NCBI GenBank assembly: GCA_030747785.1
Contig: JASLKC010000026.1
Coordinates: 4,967 to 68,966 of the forward strand
Direction: 5' to 3'
Origin: Candidatus Poseidoniaceae archaeon
GTDB taxonomy: Archaea; Thermoplasmatota; Poseidoniia; Poseidoniales; Poseidoniaceae
DNA length: 64,000 nucleotides
Shown piece after piece: positions 25,954 through 35,143 of this stretch; within the stretch, counting starts at the first letter, position 1; the number at the start of each line of letters is the position of its first letter. The notes under the pieces were generated by a model. It had not been told where the DNA came from. It searched no databases and saw only the letters and a list, made by a program, of their open reading frames with translations. The position numbers and the translations under genes are program-made.

Positions 25954-27276
25954 TCAGAACAGAAGGGTCTTCACCATGAACCATTTGGAGTGTAGGTCGC
26001 CTTGAGCCTCTTTACTAGCAATCATTTCAGTCATCATTTCTTGAATTGCAGGCTTTCGACTTGCCTTTTTGACAAACCAATTTAGCAACCACGCGCGCCG
26101 TGAAGTTTTCTGCATTTTGTATGAATTAGTTAACTCGGGGCCAAGCAAACCCCACAATTCTTGTTGATATTCATCTCCACCGCGCCCCTCAATAACATGC
26201 CGAGCGGCCATTTCACCAGACACGAGGGCGTTTCCAACACCCTCTCCTGAAAACGGATCGACAAGGCTAGCAGCATCTCCAACGAGGAGAGCCCCGGGGC
26301 CCCAGGAGCGACGAGGTTGGTTTTTCGCCCCCTTTCTTGGCGACCCGAAGGGCAATTGCCACCCCTTCCCAGTTCCAGCAACCATTTCAGCACCTTCGAA
26401 TCGTTCTTTGAATAGAGGATGGTTTGCGATAACATCACGTTGAAGCGCCTTGAGTTTCGTCTTTTGCTTATCCAACATCCCTAGGACCATTCCGATGCCA
26501 ACATTTACTCTACCGTCTCCAAGAGGGAAGAGCCAGAAATAACCGGGAATGACAGAATCTACAAAGTGAATCTCGATACTTCCAGAATTTCCTTCACATC
26601 CCTTTACTCCGTCCCAGTATTCTCGATACCCGCCGCAATAGTGCATTCGGTCAACTAATTCTTCACCGGCAAGGTCCTTGATCACCTTTCGTGCAACTGG
26701 GCATTGATACCCCCCTGCACCAATAGTCCACGGCGCCGAATAGGAGAATACCTCGCCATTACGTCCACCAATTCTGACAGACACTCCGACAATCACTCCC
26801 TCTTCAACATTAATTTCGCGAACATCCCCGCCTTGAATTACAGAACCACCATTTGCTAAAACCAATTCATTCGAACGTTCAAAAAGCAACCAATCAAATT
26901 GTTTTCGAGGCAGGGAATATCCTGCCTCCATCTTTTGAACATCTTCTTCCGGCAGAGGCACCATTACCTCGGAGCCATTCGGACTACTGAATACTATTCC
27001 AGTGACTTTGAAATGAGGAGTGGACTCCAAACGAGTCTTTATTCCAAGGGCCTTGACATGCCCTAGAGATTTACCTCCAATGGCATCACCACAAACCTTG
27101 TCGCGCGGCCAAACACCTTTCTCAATCAAAAGCACACTTTTACCTTCCATCGCAAGATATCCAGCAGCAGCCGAACCCCCCGGCCCTCCGCCCACAACGA
27201 TGGCATCGAAAGTAGAACCGTCTTGCGGAATTGGGCCGCTTTGGATGGCCTCTTCCCAGAAACGCACCTCCGCCAT
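25954..27276 (-). CDS. Geranylgeranyl reductase family flavoprotein (digeranylgeranylglycerophospholipid reductase-like)
   Basis: FDAIVVGGGPGGSAAAGYLA, LLIEK, KVCGDAI and a C-terminal GDAASLVDPFSGEGV are present. The start is set at ATG 27276; the tracked start is TTG 27303. Confidence 0.85.
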   Translation of the reverse strand: MAEVRFWEEAIQSGPIPQDGSTFDAIVVGGGPGGSAAAGYLAMEGKSVLLIEKGVWPRDKVCGDAIGGKSLGHVKALGIKTRLESTPHFKVTGIVFSSPNGSEVMVPLPEEDVQKMEAGYSLPRKQFDWLLFERSNELVLANGGSVIQGGDVREINVEEGVIVGVSVRIGGRNGEVFSYSAPWTIGAGGYQCPVARKVIKDLAGEELVDRMHYCGGYREYWDGVKGCEGNSGSIEIHFVDSVIPGYFWLFPLGDGRVNVGIGMVLGMLDKQKTKLKALQRDVIANHPLFKERFEGAEMVAGTGKGWQLPFGSPRKGAKNQPRRSWGPGALLVGDAASLVDPFSGEGVGNALVSGEMAARHVIEGRGGDEYQQELWGLLGPELTNSYKMQKTSRRAWLLNWFVKKASRKPAIQEMMTEMIASKEAQGDLHSKWFMVKTLLF

Positions 27277-27375
27277 GAAAACCGCAGACCCGCTAAGGCT
27301 CAAGAGCGTTGGTGCACCAACACACCTTCATTCTCGAGGTTGAATGGCATGTAACAAAGGCAATCGAGATAGAAA

Positions 27376-28386
27376 ATGGAGACTAACCCCACACTCCCAT
27401 TGGTGGAAAAACACCGCCACTATCAAGAACACTCGATGAAAGCGAGGGCCATGGTGACTAGGAGGCAGGCTGCATTAGGACTACTTGGAATCACCTTGCT
27501 GTGGGGAGGGACCTTTGTTTGGATGAAGCAAGCTTTGAACGCCTTGGGCCCTGAGGTTAGCGAATTTTCTCGAACCGGAGTAGTAGGTACAATGGTGGCA
27601 GCACGCTTTTTCATAGCGTTAATTCTATTGGGAATTATTTCTAAAAAAGCCAGGGCGGGACTTGCTTCCAAGGATAATTGGAAAGGGGGTCTAATACTTG
27701 GGAGTTTGATGCTTGCAGGCTTCGTTCTACAAATGATTGGAATTGACTCAGTATCGCCCTCCGTCTCAGCATTTCTAACCTCTCTTTACGTAGTATTTAC
27801 CGCGTTGCTATCAACCAGAATGAGTGAAAGAAAGCCAACTAGAGTAATGATTCTGGGCGTATTGCTTGCCACCTTTGGAGCGGGATTCATTGATGGCCCA
27901 CCCCATATCGTCTGGGGCCTTGCCGAAATTCTCACAGTCATGTGTGCGTTCTTCTTTGCATTACATATCATCTATACAGATGAAATCACAAAACGCCTAG
28001 ATCCTATTTCTGTGACAATGACATCCTTCGCAGTAGTGGTAGCAGGCTCAATCCTAATCGGCCTTGTTAGCGCAAAGGATATCTCGGTTGTTAGAGTAGT
28101 TTGGCAAGACGATGTAATTGTTCCACTATTATGCCTTGGAATATTTGGCTCGTTAGTTTGCATTCTTGCATTAAACGCACTACAGCGCCATCTCAATCCA
28201 ACCCATGCGGCAATTATCTATGCCTTCGAACCAGTGTGGGCAACATTGTACGGAATGGCCGAAGGACTCGTTAACGCTTCATTCTGGCTCGCGGTTGGGG
28301 GAGGAGCTCTCCTTATCGGAAACATGATTGTAGAACTCGATGAATCGGAACCAAATCATCTCAACGAAGATGCAGGGCCAGAGTAA
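27376..28386 (+). CDS. EamA/DMT-superfamily transporter
   Basis: About 10 hydrophobic helices in two EamA-like halves. It is divergent from the GGR gene, 99 nt apart. Confidence 0.8.
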   Translation: METNPTLPLVEKHRHYQEHSMKARAMVTRRQAALGLLGITLLWGGTFVWMKQALNALGPEVSEFSRTGVVGTMVAARFFIALILLGIISKKARAGLASKDNWKGGLILGSLMLAGFVLQMIGIDSVSPSVSAFLTSLYVVFTALLSTRMSERKPTRVMILGVLLATFGAGFIDGPPHIVWGLAEILTVMCAFFFALHIIYTDEITKRLDPISVTMTSFAVVVAGSILIGLVSAKDISVVRVVWQDDVIVPLLCLGIFGSLVCILALNALQRHLNPTHAAIIYAFEPVWATLYGMAEGLVNASFWLAVGGGALLIGNMIVELDESEPNHLNEDAGPE

Positions 28387-28811
28387 TCGTAGAACGACAC
28401 CATCGTTTGGGTACTAGCGATACCTCCTACCTTGGACAACTCATCTAAAATTGCATCTCCTAGTGAATCCATAGAAGGGCTCACAACCTCGACTAGCAGA
28501 TCCCAATCTCCGGCGATGACATTACAACGTACAACATATGGAAGGGCGCACATCCTTTGAGCGACTTCCCGCCGGTCCACATTTCCCCTATCGCACCGAG
28601 CAAAAATAAACGCGCGTAAATCATAGCCCCATGCCTTCGCATCGATATCTACTGTAAATCTTCGAATGACTCCCTCGCGTTGGAGGCGCACCATCCTGTC
28701 ATGCGTAGTAACTCTCGCAATTCCCATATTTTCCGCAAGGGAGGTAACAGATGCCCTAGAATCTGCCTTGAGCAACTCGATAAGTTTCAGGTCCGAAGAA
28801 TCAAGTTTCAT
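28356..28811 (-). CDS. Lrp/AsnC family transcriptional regulator
   Basis: The N-terminal HTH is DLKLIELLKADSRASVTSLAENMGIARVTTHDRMVRLQREGVI, followed by a RAM/ACT-like C-domain. It is divergent from an amino-acid metabolism gene. Confidence 0.9.
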   Translation of the reverse strand: MKLDSSDLKLIELLKADSRASVTSLAENMGIARVTTHDRMVRLQREGVIRRFTVDIDAKAWGYDLRAFIFARCDRGNVDRREVAQRMCALPYVVRCNVIAGDWDLLVEVVSPSMDSLGDAILDELSKVGGIASTQTMVSFYDYSGPASSLR

Positions 28812-28959
28812 GATTTAAACGAAAAGACTTCTATTAATGAAAGATTCCGTCATAATGACGGAGTTTCCAATGGAAACAGAGGTTTTTACCGACAATTTCT
28901 AGAAAAATACATCGAATCGTTCATCAGGAATCGACATTTTAGAGTAATTGGAGAAGATC

Positions 28960-30132
28960 ATGTCCGACAAAAGGAGATTTGCAAGCAAGGCCGTTCATTC
29001 TGGGACTCAGCACATCGAAGGGGCAGTAAATACTCCCATTTTCCAATCATCAACATACAAGTTGACCGACGAGAGGTATGCAGGATGGGCGGCCGGCGCT
29101 CAACATACCTTACTATACGCCAGATTATCAAGTGTGAATTCAGAAGCTTGTGTTGAGAAAATATGCGCTCTTGAAGACGCAGAAGACGGCGAATTATTTG
29201 CAAGCGGAATGGCAGCAATCTCTACAACACTCATGGGGCTTCTTTCCCAGGGGGACCATATTGTGGCAAGCGCAGACGTATATGGCGGCACTTACGGCTT
29301 GATGACCGAAGAATTACCCAGGTTTGGGATATCTACTACAATGGCAGATATGCAAGACCCGTCTTCTTACGAGGCAGCAATACAAGAGAATACCAAAATT
29401 CTCTACATCGAGACTATTACTAATCCAGTGATAAAAATCTGCGACATAGAGGCGATGGCGGAAATCGCAAAACGCCACAACCTCCTTCTCATTATCGACA
29501 ATACATTTGCTAGCCCATGGGGGTGCCAGCCAATATCCATGGGAGCAGATCTCGTAATTCATTCCACTACCAAATATCTTGGAGGCCATTCGGATATTAT
29601 TGGAGGAGCCGTAGTTGGGCGAGCCGACTTAATTTCTCAAATGTTCATCAAAAAGGTCCACTTTGGGGGCTCGCCCGACCCCCACAACTGTTACTTATTG
29701 GAAAGGGGAATGAGAACTCTTGCAATTCGGATGCCAGTACACTGCTCTAATGCTGCAACGATTGCTAAGAGATTGGAAGCACATGACTTGGTCGAATTAG
29801 TTCACCACCCTACACTTGCAAGCCATCCAGATTATGAAGTAGCATCAAGAATGATTCCTAAAGGAACCGGCATGCTTGCATTCACAGTAAAAGGCGGCGA
29901 CGAAGCGGCCCTAAAATTCATGCGCGCCCTGAACATTATTTTCGAAGCAACCAGCCTTGGAGGCGTCGAGAGTTTAGTAGAATGCCCATTCAATTCTAGC
30001 CACATGTTTGTGCCCGAAGAAGTCCGAATAGCAGCAGGCCTTGGAGCAGGATTTGTACGAATGTCTCTTGGTATCGAAGACGTTGAAGATCTCTGGGACG
30101 ATATTTCACAAGCCCTTGAATCTTCTAATTAA
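28960..30132 (+). CDS. Cys/Met-metabolism PLP-dependent enzyme (cystathionine gamma-synthase / gamma-lyase / sulfhydrylase family)
   Basis: The PLP-lysine context is HSTTKYLGGHSD. SGMAAI, DNTFASP and SLGGVESL motifs are present. ATG 28960 follows GGAG; the tracked start is TTG 28948. Confidence 0.9.
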   Translation: MSDKRRFASKAVHSGTQHIEGAVNTPIFQSSTYKLTDERYAGWAAGAQHTLLYARLSSVNSEACVEKICALEDAEDGELFASGMAAISTTLMGLLSQGDHIVASADVYGGTYGLMTEELPRFGISTTMADMQDPSSYEAAIQENTKILYIETITNPVIKICDIEAMAEIAKRHNLLLIIDNTFASPWGCQPISMGADLVIHSTTKYLGGHSDIIGGAVVGRADLISQMFIKKVHFGGSPDPHNCYLLERGMRTLAIRMPVHCSNAATIAKRLEAHDLVELVHHPTLASHPDYEVASRMIPKGTGMLAFTVKGGDEAALKFMRALNIIFEATSLGGVESLVECPFNSSHMFVPEEVRIAAGLGAGFVRMSLGIEDVEDLWDDISQALESSN

Positions 30133-30135
30133 TCT

Positions 30136-31818
30136 TCAGAACAGACCGCTTTGCCCACAAGAAACCGCAAGCGATTCTAATTCTGATTGGTAATTTGTTT
30201 CTTCTCCAGCAACCAAAGATTTCCCAGAATTCCAGAGCCCAGTTGCCGCATGGCCCCAAGCGCCCCCCCTGTCTCTTGCATCTGGCGAAAATTGCCACTC
30301 CTTGCCTGATGATCTATTACAAGCAACCAAGAATGCCCAAGCCGAAGCTTCAGACTCAATATCGCCTTTGAATGAAACGGCCTTTTTTTCAGCACGACCC
30401 AATCCATCGATAATTCCCATCATCACCAAGTCATGTATTAGGCCCACTGCTCCGGGGAGACTACCCATTTTGTGAGGGAAAACCGAAGTTAGCGAAGTCT
30501 TCGAACGCGCATCGTCTAATTCGCGAAGGAATTTTCCAAAAGGCCTCATTTTCTTAGATTGTTCAACCCAAAGAGCATCCGCTTCATCTTCATCTAGACC
30601 TAAGGCAATAAGCCCCTCTAAGCCATATTCTTCCCACAATGCTGAAAGAACATCATTTAGAGAAGTAGCAGCAATTTCAACTGCCGAACCCTCTCTTTCT
30701 GTAATTTCACCGCGTTGTGAAACTCTTATGCCAGACCCCGAGGCGTTTTCGAGTAGGATAGTTGCAAGCTCCTTTTCTGGATTAGAACCATTCAATGCAC
30801 CAACGGCATCTTTTGCTTCTGCAAACCAATTCTCTCCAACAATTACACCATCATCTAAATGGTGTAGGGTGGCGATTTTTACTCGCTTAGCAACCGACCC
30901 TTCATTCAAAGTAAGACCCACCCACGCGTCAAGCACCCTTTCAACGGATTCAGGAGGGCCATCAGCAACCTGAAGGTCGTAACCATCAGGAGCCCATGCC
31001 GCATCAAGTTCGAGTACCCCGGAAAGATTTGGAGGCATCATTGAAAGAGCCAGGTGATGGACGAAAGAGGTTTTATCCTTTTCAGTAGTCATTGTGGTAA
31101 AATCAATAGCCACTTTAGAACCATCATTGAATTTCATCAGAACATATCCCGGGCCACACATTTTACCCTCGCGAACATCCGAAGCATTGAGTTTAGAAGT
31201 GTACCAAACATCATCATCGTTTTTGAATTTGAATCTAGATCTTTCCAATACATCAGGCAACCATCCTTCTGGTATTGTAGTATCGAGCCCCGTGCAAACA
31301 AACCCCCCTCTCCACGAGAAGAAATGGAAGCCCTTACGAGCATGGTCTTCCCATGGAAGCATCCGAAGTTTAGGAACATGATAATTTTGAATTCCCGCTT
31401 GGTATGCGGTTTTACCATCCCCACGACGCACGAATGATGCGCTTCCAAATGAGGGGTGTTTGTAGTCCCCGACAATTGAAATTTCATCATCATGGGCGGC
31501 CATCATTGAACCAGCGAACGCCTTTGCAACAGCATCACCGCGCTTCGCCATCATTCGCTTTGCAAGGTACTTTTTATCATGACGCCTATCCAGAATTCGG
31601 TTTAATTCTCGCAAGGTCTTGGTCACAGGATCTGTACGACCCCAAGACATTCTTCCTTCCCAAACCATTGCCGGAAGAAGAGTCTCCCCCTCTTCCAGTA
31701 ACCGGTCAAGGTTTTTCCGCAGGCGTTTTTGCGTATCCTTGTTGGCCTGTTTCGTGCCACGCATACGCATACGCTGGCGCGTTTTACCCGGAAATTCTAC
31801 CTTCGAAGGGCCCGCCAT
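30136..31818 (-). CDS. Hypothetical 560-aa protein with a strongly basic N-terminus
   Basis: A long uninterrupted ORF in the local coding strand, 30 nt downstream of dphB. I recognise no motif. The N-terminus is KTRQRMRMRGTKQANKDTQKRLRK. Confidence 0.6.
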   Translation of the reverse strand: MAGPSKVEFPGKTRQRMRMRGTKQANKDTQKRLRKNLDRLLEEGETLLPAMVWEGRMSWGRTDPVTKTLRELNRILDRRHDKKYLAKRMMAKRGDAVAKAFAGSMMAAHDDEISIVGDYKHPSFGSASFVRRGDGKTAYQAGIQNYHVPKLRMLPWEDHARKGFHFFSWRGGFVCTGLDTTIPEGWLPDVLERSRFKFKNDDDVWYTSKLNASDVREGKMCGPGYVLMKFNDGSKVAIDFTTMTTEKDKTSFVHHLALSMMPPNLSGVLELDAAWAPDGYDLQVADGPPESVERVLDAWVGLTLNEGSVAKRVKIATLHHLDDGVIVGENWFAEAKDAVGALNGSNPEKELATILLENASGSGIRVSQRGEITEREGSAVEIAATSLNDVLSALWEEYGLEGLIALGLDEDEADALWVEQSKKMRPFGKFLRELDDARSKTSLTSVFPHKMGSLPGAVGLIHDLVMMGIIDGLGRAEKKAVSFKGDIESEASAWAFLVACNRSSGKEWQFSPDARDRGGAWGHAATGLWNSGKSLVAGEETNYQSELESLAVSCGQSGLF

Positions 31819-31848
31819 GCACGCGGGGGAGACGGACCTCCCTGTTCA

Positions 31849-32688
31849 TTACTTCGACCAACGCTGCAAAGCTTCACTCTCTATTTCACTAGTATTCGCA
31901 GGGATAATGAGGCAATGCATCCGGCCTTCTTGTGCATCACCAAGAGTACTAAGCGAGCAACTCAAAATTCTTTGGTCTGGCGTACCCATATCAGTGCAAA
32001 GTACAATCGGAAGGTCTTCTATGCATTCACAAATTTTTCTAGCAGCCTCTAATCCTATGAGATTAGATTTTAATTGTTCATGTTCAATTTCAGATTCTAG
32101 TTTGGAAGCCATGGCACGAAACGCCTCAACTACGTCAACCGGCTGCATCGGCCGTTGCTCCCCCACTCCGGCACCAGTCGGATCAAGGTCGAGAAAAACG
32201 AGAGTATGAAGGCCCTGCGACCGGTTTAACGCGATGACTTCGAGAGGACTAGTTGCAACCCAGCCTCCATATGGATAGGTGAGGGTAGTTTGACGGCCAA
32301 ATTTGTAATTCGAGAGGCCAACTGCGCCAGTCACAATTCCAGTTATTGAAATCCCATGGATTACATGGCACGGGATGCCGATTTCGATTGCACGTAATTG
32401 TAAATCGACATGAGTCGTTGCTTGCAATGGATCTCCGACCACAAGCAAAGCGACTTTTGATGTAGACGCCAATCTAAACAATTCATCTGGCTCTTCCACT
32501 TCAGGACGCATTACGCGGACTATGTCACCGATTTCTTCCTCGAGTTCGGAAATAGCGTCCTCTTCCCAAAAAGCAGTATATGTTTCGAAGCGCCTTACAT
32601 CTGCTGCCTTTGCGGCAGAGATCGCTTCACGTGTCATTCCATTAATGCCTCCAGGACCGATGCCGATGAGATATAATCCAGCCGCCAT
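31849..32688 (-). CDS. dphB: Diphthine synthase (Dph5)
   Basis: Tetrapyrrole-methylase fold motifs are present: LYLIGIGPG, VALLVVGDPLQATTHVDL and GLSNYKFG. The start is at ATG 32688, inside the longer tracked ORF. Confidence 0.9.
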   Translation of the reverse strand: MAAGLYLIGIGPGGINGMTREAISAAKAADVRRFETYTAFWEEDAISELEEEIGDIVRVMRPEVEEPDELFRLASTSKVALLVVGDPLQATTHVDLQLRAIEIGIPCHVIHGISITGIVTGAVGLSNYKFGRQTTLTYPYGGWVATSPLEVIALNRSQGLHTLVFLDLDPTGAGVGEQRPMQPVDVVEAFRAMASKLESEIEHEQLKSNLIGLEAARKICECIEDLPIVLCTDMGTPDQRILSCSLSTLGDAQEGRMHCLIIPANTSEIESEALQRWSK

Positions 32689-32725
32689 GCTCAAGCCCCC
32701 TGTGCCATTGGAGGGGGCGAGGGTT

Positions 32726-33766
32726 ATGCGCCATTTGAGCGTGCCGAGCAAGGAAACCGCCTCTTGGAAGGCGCGTTTAGAGAGTGAAGAGTGGCTTGCC
32801 AAAGGCCATGGTATCCACCACCTTGATGACCGCCGCGGAATACCTTTGACAACTGCGGCCCCTGAGGAAATAGACGGCCTCCCAATCCTCGACCTGCCCC
32901 CTCTAACATCAAACCCTAAGCATTGGACGGAACGCTTACCGCAGGAAATCAGAGAGGCAAATAAATCCGATTGGCCGATGGCGCATGATCAAATTGGCGA
33001 CGTCGTAATTTTGAAAATTCCCGAAGTCGTCGAGACACATTCCAATATCATTGGCCAATGCATTCTCGATCAAATTCCAAGCGCGCGAATTGTATGCGCG
33101 GATAAAGGCGTAAAAGGAGAATTCCGCGTAAGAAGTCTCGAATCGATTGCATCCAGAGATGGCACCACCACTACACAAACTCGAGTAAAAGAACACGGAG
33201 CATTGCTATGGGTGGACCCGGGCTCAGCATATTACTCTCCAAGATTAGCTACTGAAAGGCAAGGGACACTTGCTTGCGCCAGAGGCCTTAACACGCGCCT
33301 AAAGAGGCCACTCGTCATATGCGACCCCTATGCAGGAGTTGGCCCTGCCCTACTACCATTGCTTGCGGAAGAGGGATTGGTGGACCGCATCGTTGCTAGC
33401 GACCTCAATCCAAAAGCGACTAGCCTATTGCGAAAAAATCTCCCAGATAGCGCTTGGGTTGGATGTAGAGATGCGCGAAAACTCCACGAGGAAATGGCTG
33501 GATTTGCAGATATTGTGCTAGTCAATCTTCCACACAATAGCATAGATCACCTTCCTGACATGATTCCGTTGTTAGCCAAGGGCCACGAAGTCATAATCAG
33601 AGGGTGGGCAATATTACCTCTTGAACAAATGGATGCCGCAGAAAAGAAAGTAAGGGCAATATTAGGTTCGAATAATTTACTTTCATTAGAACTGGTACCA
33701 TCTCGCTCATATTCTCCACGAGACGCCTATACTTGTATCGAGGCACACCTCTTACTATCCGAGTAA
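32726..33766 (+). CDS. Trm5 / Taw2 (Met-10+) family tRNA methyltransferase
   Basis: The SAM-binding motif is VICDPYAGVGPALLPL, with ASDLNP and the VNLPH motif. The start is set at ATG 32726, 37 nt from the divergent dphB start. Confidence 0.8.
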   Translation: MRHLSVPSKETASWKARLESEEWLAKGHGIHHLDDRRGIPLTTAAPEEIDGLPILDLPPLTSNPKHWTERLPQEIREANKSDWPMAHDQIGDVVILKIPEVVETHSNIIGQCILDQIPSARIVCADKGVKGEFRVRSLESIASRDGTTTTQTRVKEHGALLWVDPGSAYYSPRLATERQGTLACARGLNTRLKRPLVICDPYAGVGPALLPLLAEEGLVDRIVASDLNPKATSLLRKNLPDSAWVGCRDARKLHEEMAGFADIVLVNLPHNSIDHLPDMIPLLAKGHEVIIRGWAILPLEQMDAAEKKVRAILGSNNLLSLELVPSRSYSPRDAYTCIEAHLLLSE

Positions 33767-33804
33767 GCGTCACTCTCATCTATGGTGGGCCACTGGGCAT
33801 TATC

Positions 33805-33930
33805 ATGCAGACCCATGTTAAGTGTAAATGTGGAAAAGAGATTGACATCTCAGGAGCAACGCCTCGTAAAGATGGAATCAACGTTTATTGTACCGTTTGT
33901 GGAACGGTTACTACGCATCACAGTTCGTGA
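33805..33930 (+). CDS. Very small zinc-ribbon protein (hypothetical)
   Basis: 41 aa: MQTHVKCKCGKEIDISGATPRKDGINVYCTVCGTVTTHHSS, with C-x-C...C-x2-C. The call is weak. Confidence 0.3.
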   Translation: MQTHVKCKCGKEIDISGATPRKDGINVYCTVCGTVTTHHSS

Positions 33931-34937
33931 TTATCCGGCCTTCGTATTGCTGCAACGATTGCCGCCAATACTATGATTTCAACAATTCCAGCAGGGTATG
34001 GTAAGAATCCATTATCCTCATCTCGATTATCCAAATCTGTTTCATGAGTTGATTCGTAATCGTCTTCCATAATCATGAACCAATCTAGGTCGCGAGGAAT
34101 ATCTTCAGTAAGGAATTCATGACCGTCTTGATCAACCAAAAAATCATCTTCGATTCTAATTCCAAACCAATCATCATGATAGATACCAGGCTCAACAGTA
34201 ACAGCGTCATAAATCATGAGAGGTTGCTCATTGTAAGACAAACCAAAGAGAGGGTCTGAGGAGCCACTTGAAAGCAAAGGAGGCTCGTGAACACATACTC
34301 CAAAGCCATGTCCAAGACTATGGATAAATTTGTCACCATACCCCTGCTCTTCGATATGAGTACGAGCAATATCGTCAGGAACCCAAGCGGGAGTACCTGC
34401 TTCAATTACTGGGAAGGTTAGATTTTGTGCATCATATACAGCCATGTAAGAAGTAATAATTGTCTCATTATCGGTAAATCCAACGACGTATGTCCGGGTT
34501 ACGTCGCTCACCCAATCATTTACTCGAGCTCCCAAATCAACCACCACCACATCACCAATCATGACCTGCTTTGGACCAGCTCCGCGATTGTCGGGGTCGC
34601 CGTGAGGAATTGCACCATTTGACCCAGACGCAACAATTGTCTCGAAACTAGGCCAATTTGGGTTTGAACCATTTTCAATCATAGATCGGTCAATTTCATC
34701 TGCAATCTGCCTTTCAGTGAGATTGGCGCCCATTAAGACATCCCATAACATCTCACGAGCAACATGTTGTCCAATTCCGGCAATTCTAGTGGTTTCTCTT
34801 ATTGAATCATCTTTGTCTGGCGAGATGCCCGTAGGGGATGGGAACCAACCATTCAAAGCCCGCTCAACTTCGGTTTCACACGCCGATGCCATTGGACTCA
34901 ACAGGATGAGTACAAAGAAGGCGATAATGACGCGCAT
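33918..34937 (-). CDS. M24-family metallopeptidase (Xaa-Pro peptidase-like pita-bread domain) with signal peptide and C-terminal TM helix
   Basis: All five metal-ligand contexts are visible: VVVDLGARVNDWVSDVTRT (D, D), HSLGHGFG (H), VEPGIY (E) and IRIEDD (E). The N-terminal signal is MRVIIAFFVLILLSPMASA. The C-terminal helix is IVEIIVLAAIVAAI. Confidence 0.85.
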   Translation of the reverse strand: MRVIIAFFVLILLSPMASACETEVERALNGWFPSPTGISPDKDDSIRETTRIAGIGQHVAREMLWDVLMGANLTERQIADEIDRSMIENGSNPNWPSFETIVASGSNGAIPHGDPDNRGAGPKQVMIGDVVVVDLGARVNDWVSDVTRTYVVGFTDNETIITSYMAVYDAQNLTFPVIEAGTPAWVPDDIARTHIEEQGYGDKFIHSLGHGFGVCVHEPPLLSSGSSDPLFGLSYNEQPLMIYDAVTVEPGIYHDDWFGIRIEDDFLVDQDGHEFLTEDIPRDLDWFMIMEDDYESTHETDLDNRDEDNGFLPYPAGIVEIIVLAAIVAAIRRPDNHEL

Positions 34938-35008
34938 AAAATGGCCAATATTTCATCATTCAAGAAGGATTCTATGAGGGTAAACATGTCCGCAGCCGGG
35001 TGTTTAAG

Positions 35009-35080
35009 CGCCCGCGCCGGGAATCGAACCCGGGTCGAGGCATCGACAACGCCTCATGATAACCGCTACACCACGCGGGC
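35009..35080 (-). tRNA. tRNA-Asp (anticodon GUC)
   Basis: The reverse complement is GCCCGCGUGGUGUAGCGGUUAUCAUGAGGCGUUGUCGAUGCCUCGACCCGGGUUCGAUUCCCGGCGCGGGCG. It has a 7-bp acceptor stem, a 5-bp anticodon stem, the loop UUGUCGA and a GGGUUCGAUUCCC T-arm. CCA is not encoded. Confidence 0.9.
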
Positions 35081-35143
35081 AGCAGGTCGCCCAGCGGCAA
35101 CCGCTATTTAAGCCGCACTCTGTGGCCCTAACGGGGAGAGATA

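Noticed and set aside
31404-32209. Two + strand ORFs (162 and 196 aa) spanning the junction between the unknown 560-aa gene and dphB.
   Set aside because: They are antisense to a confidently identified dphB and to a long clean ORF. The products are Arg/Ser/Pro-rich, typical of wrong-strand translation.
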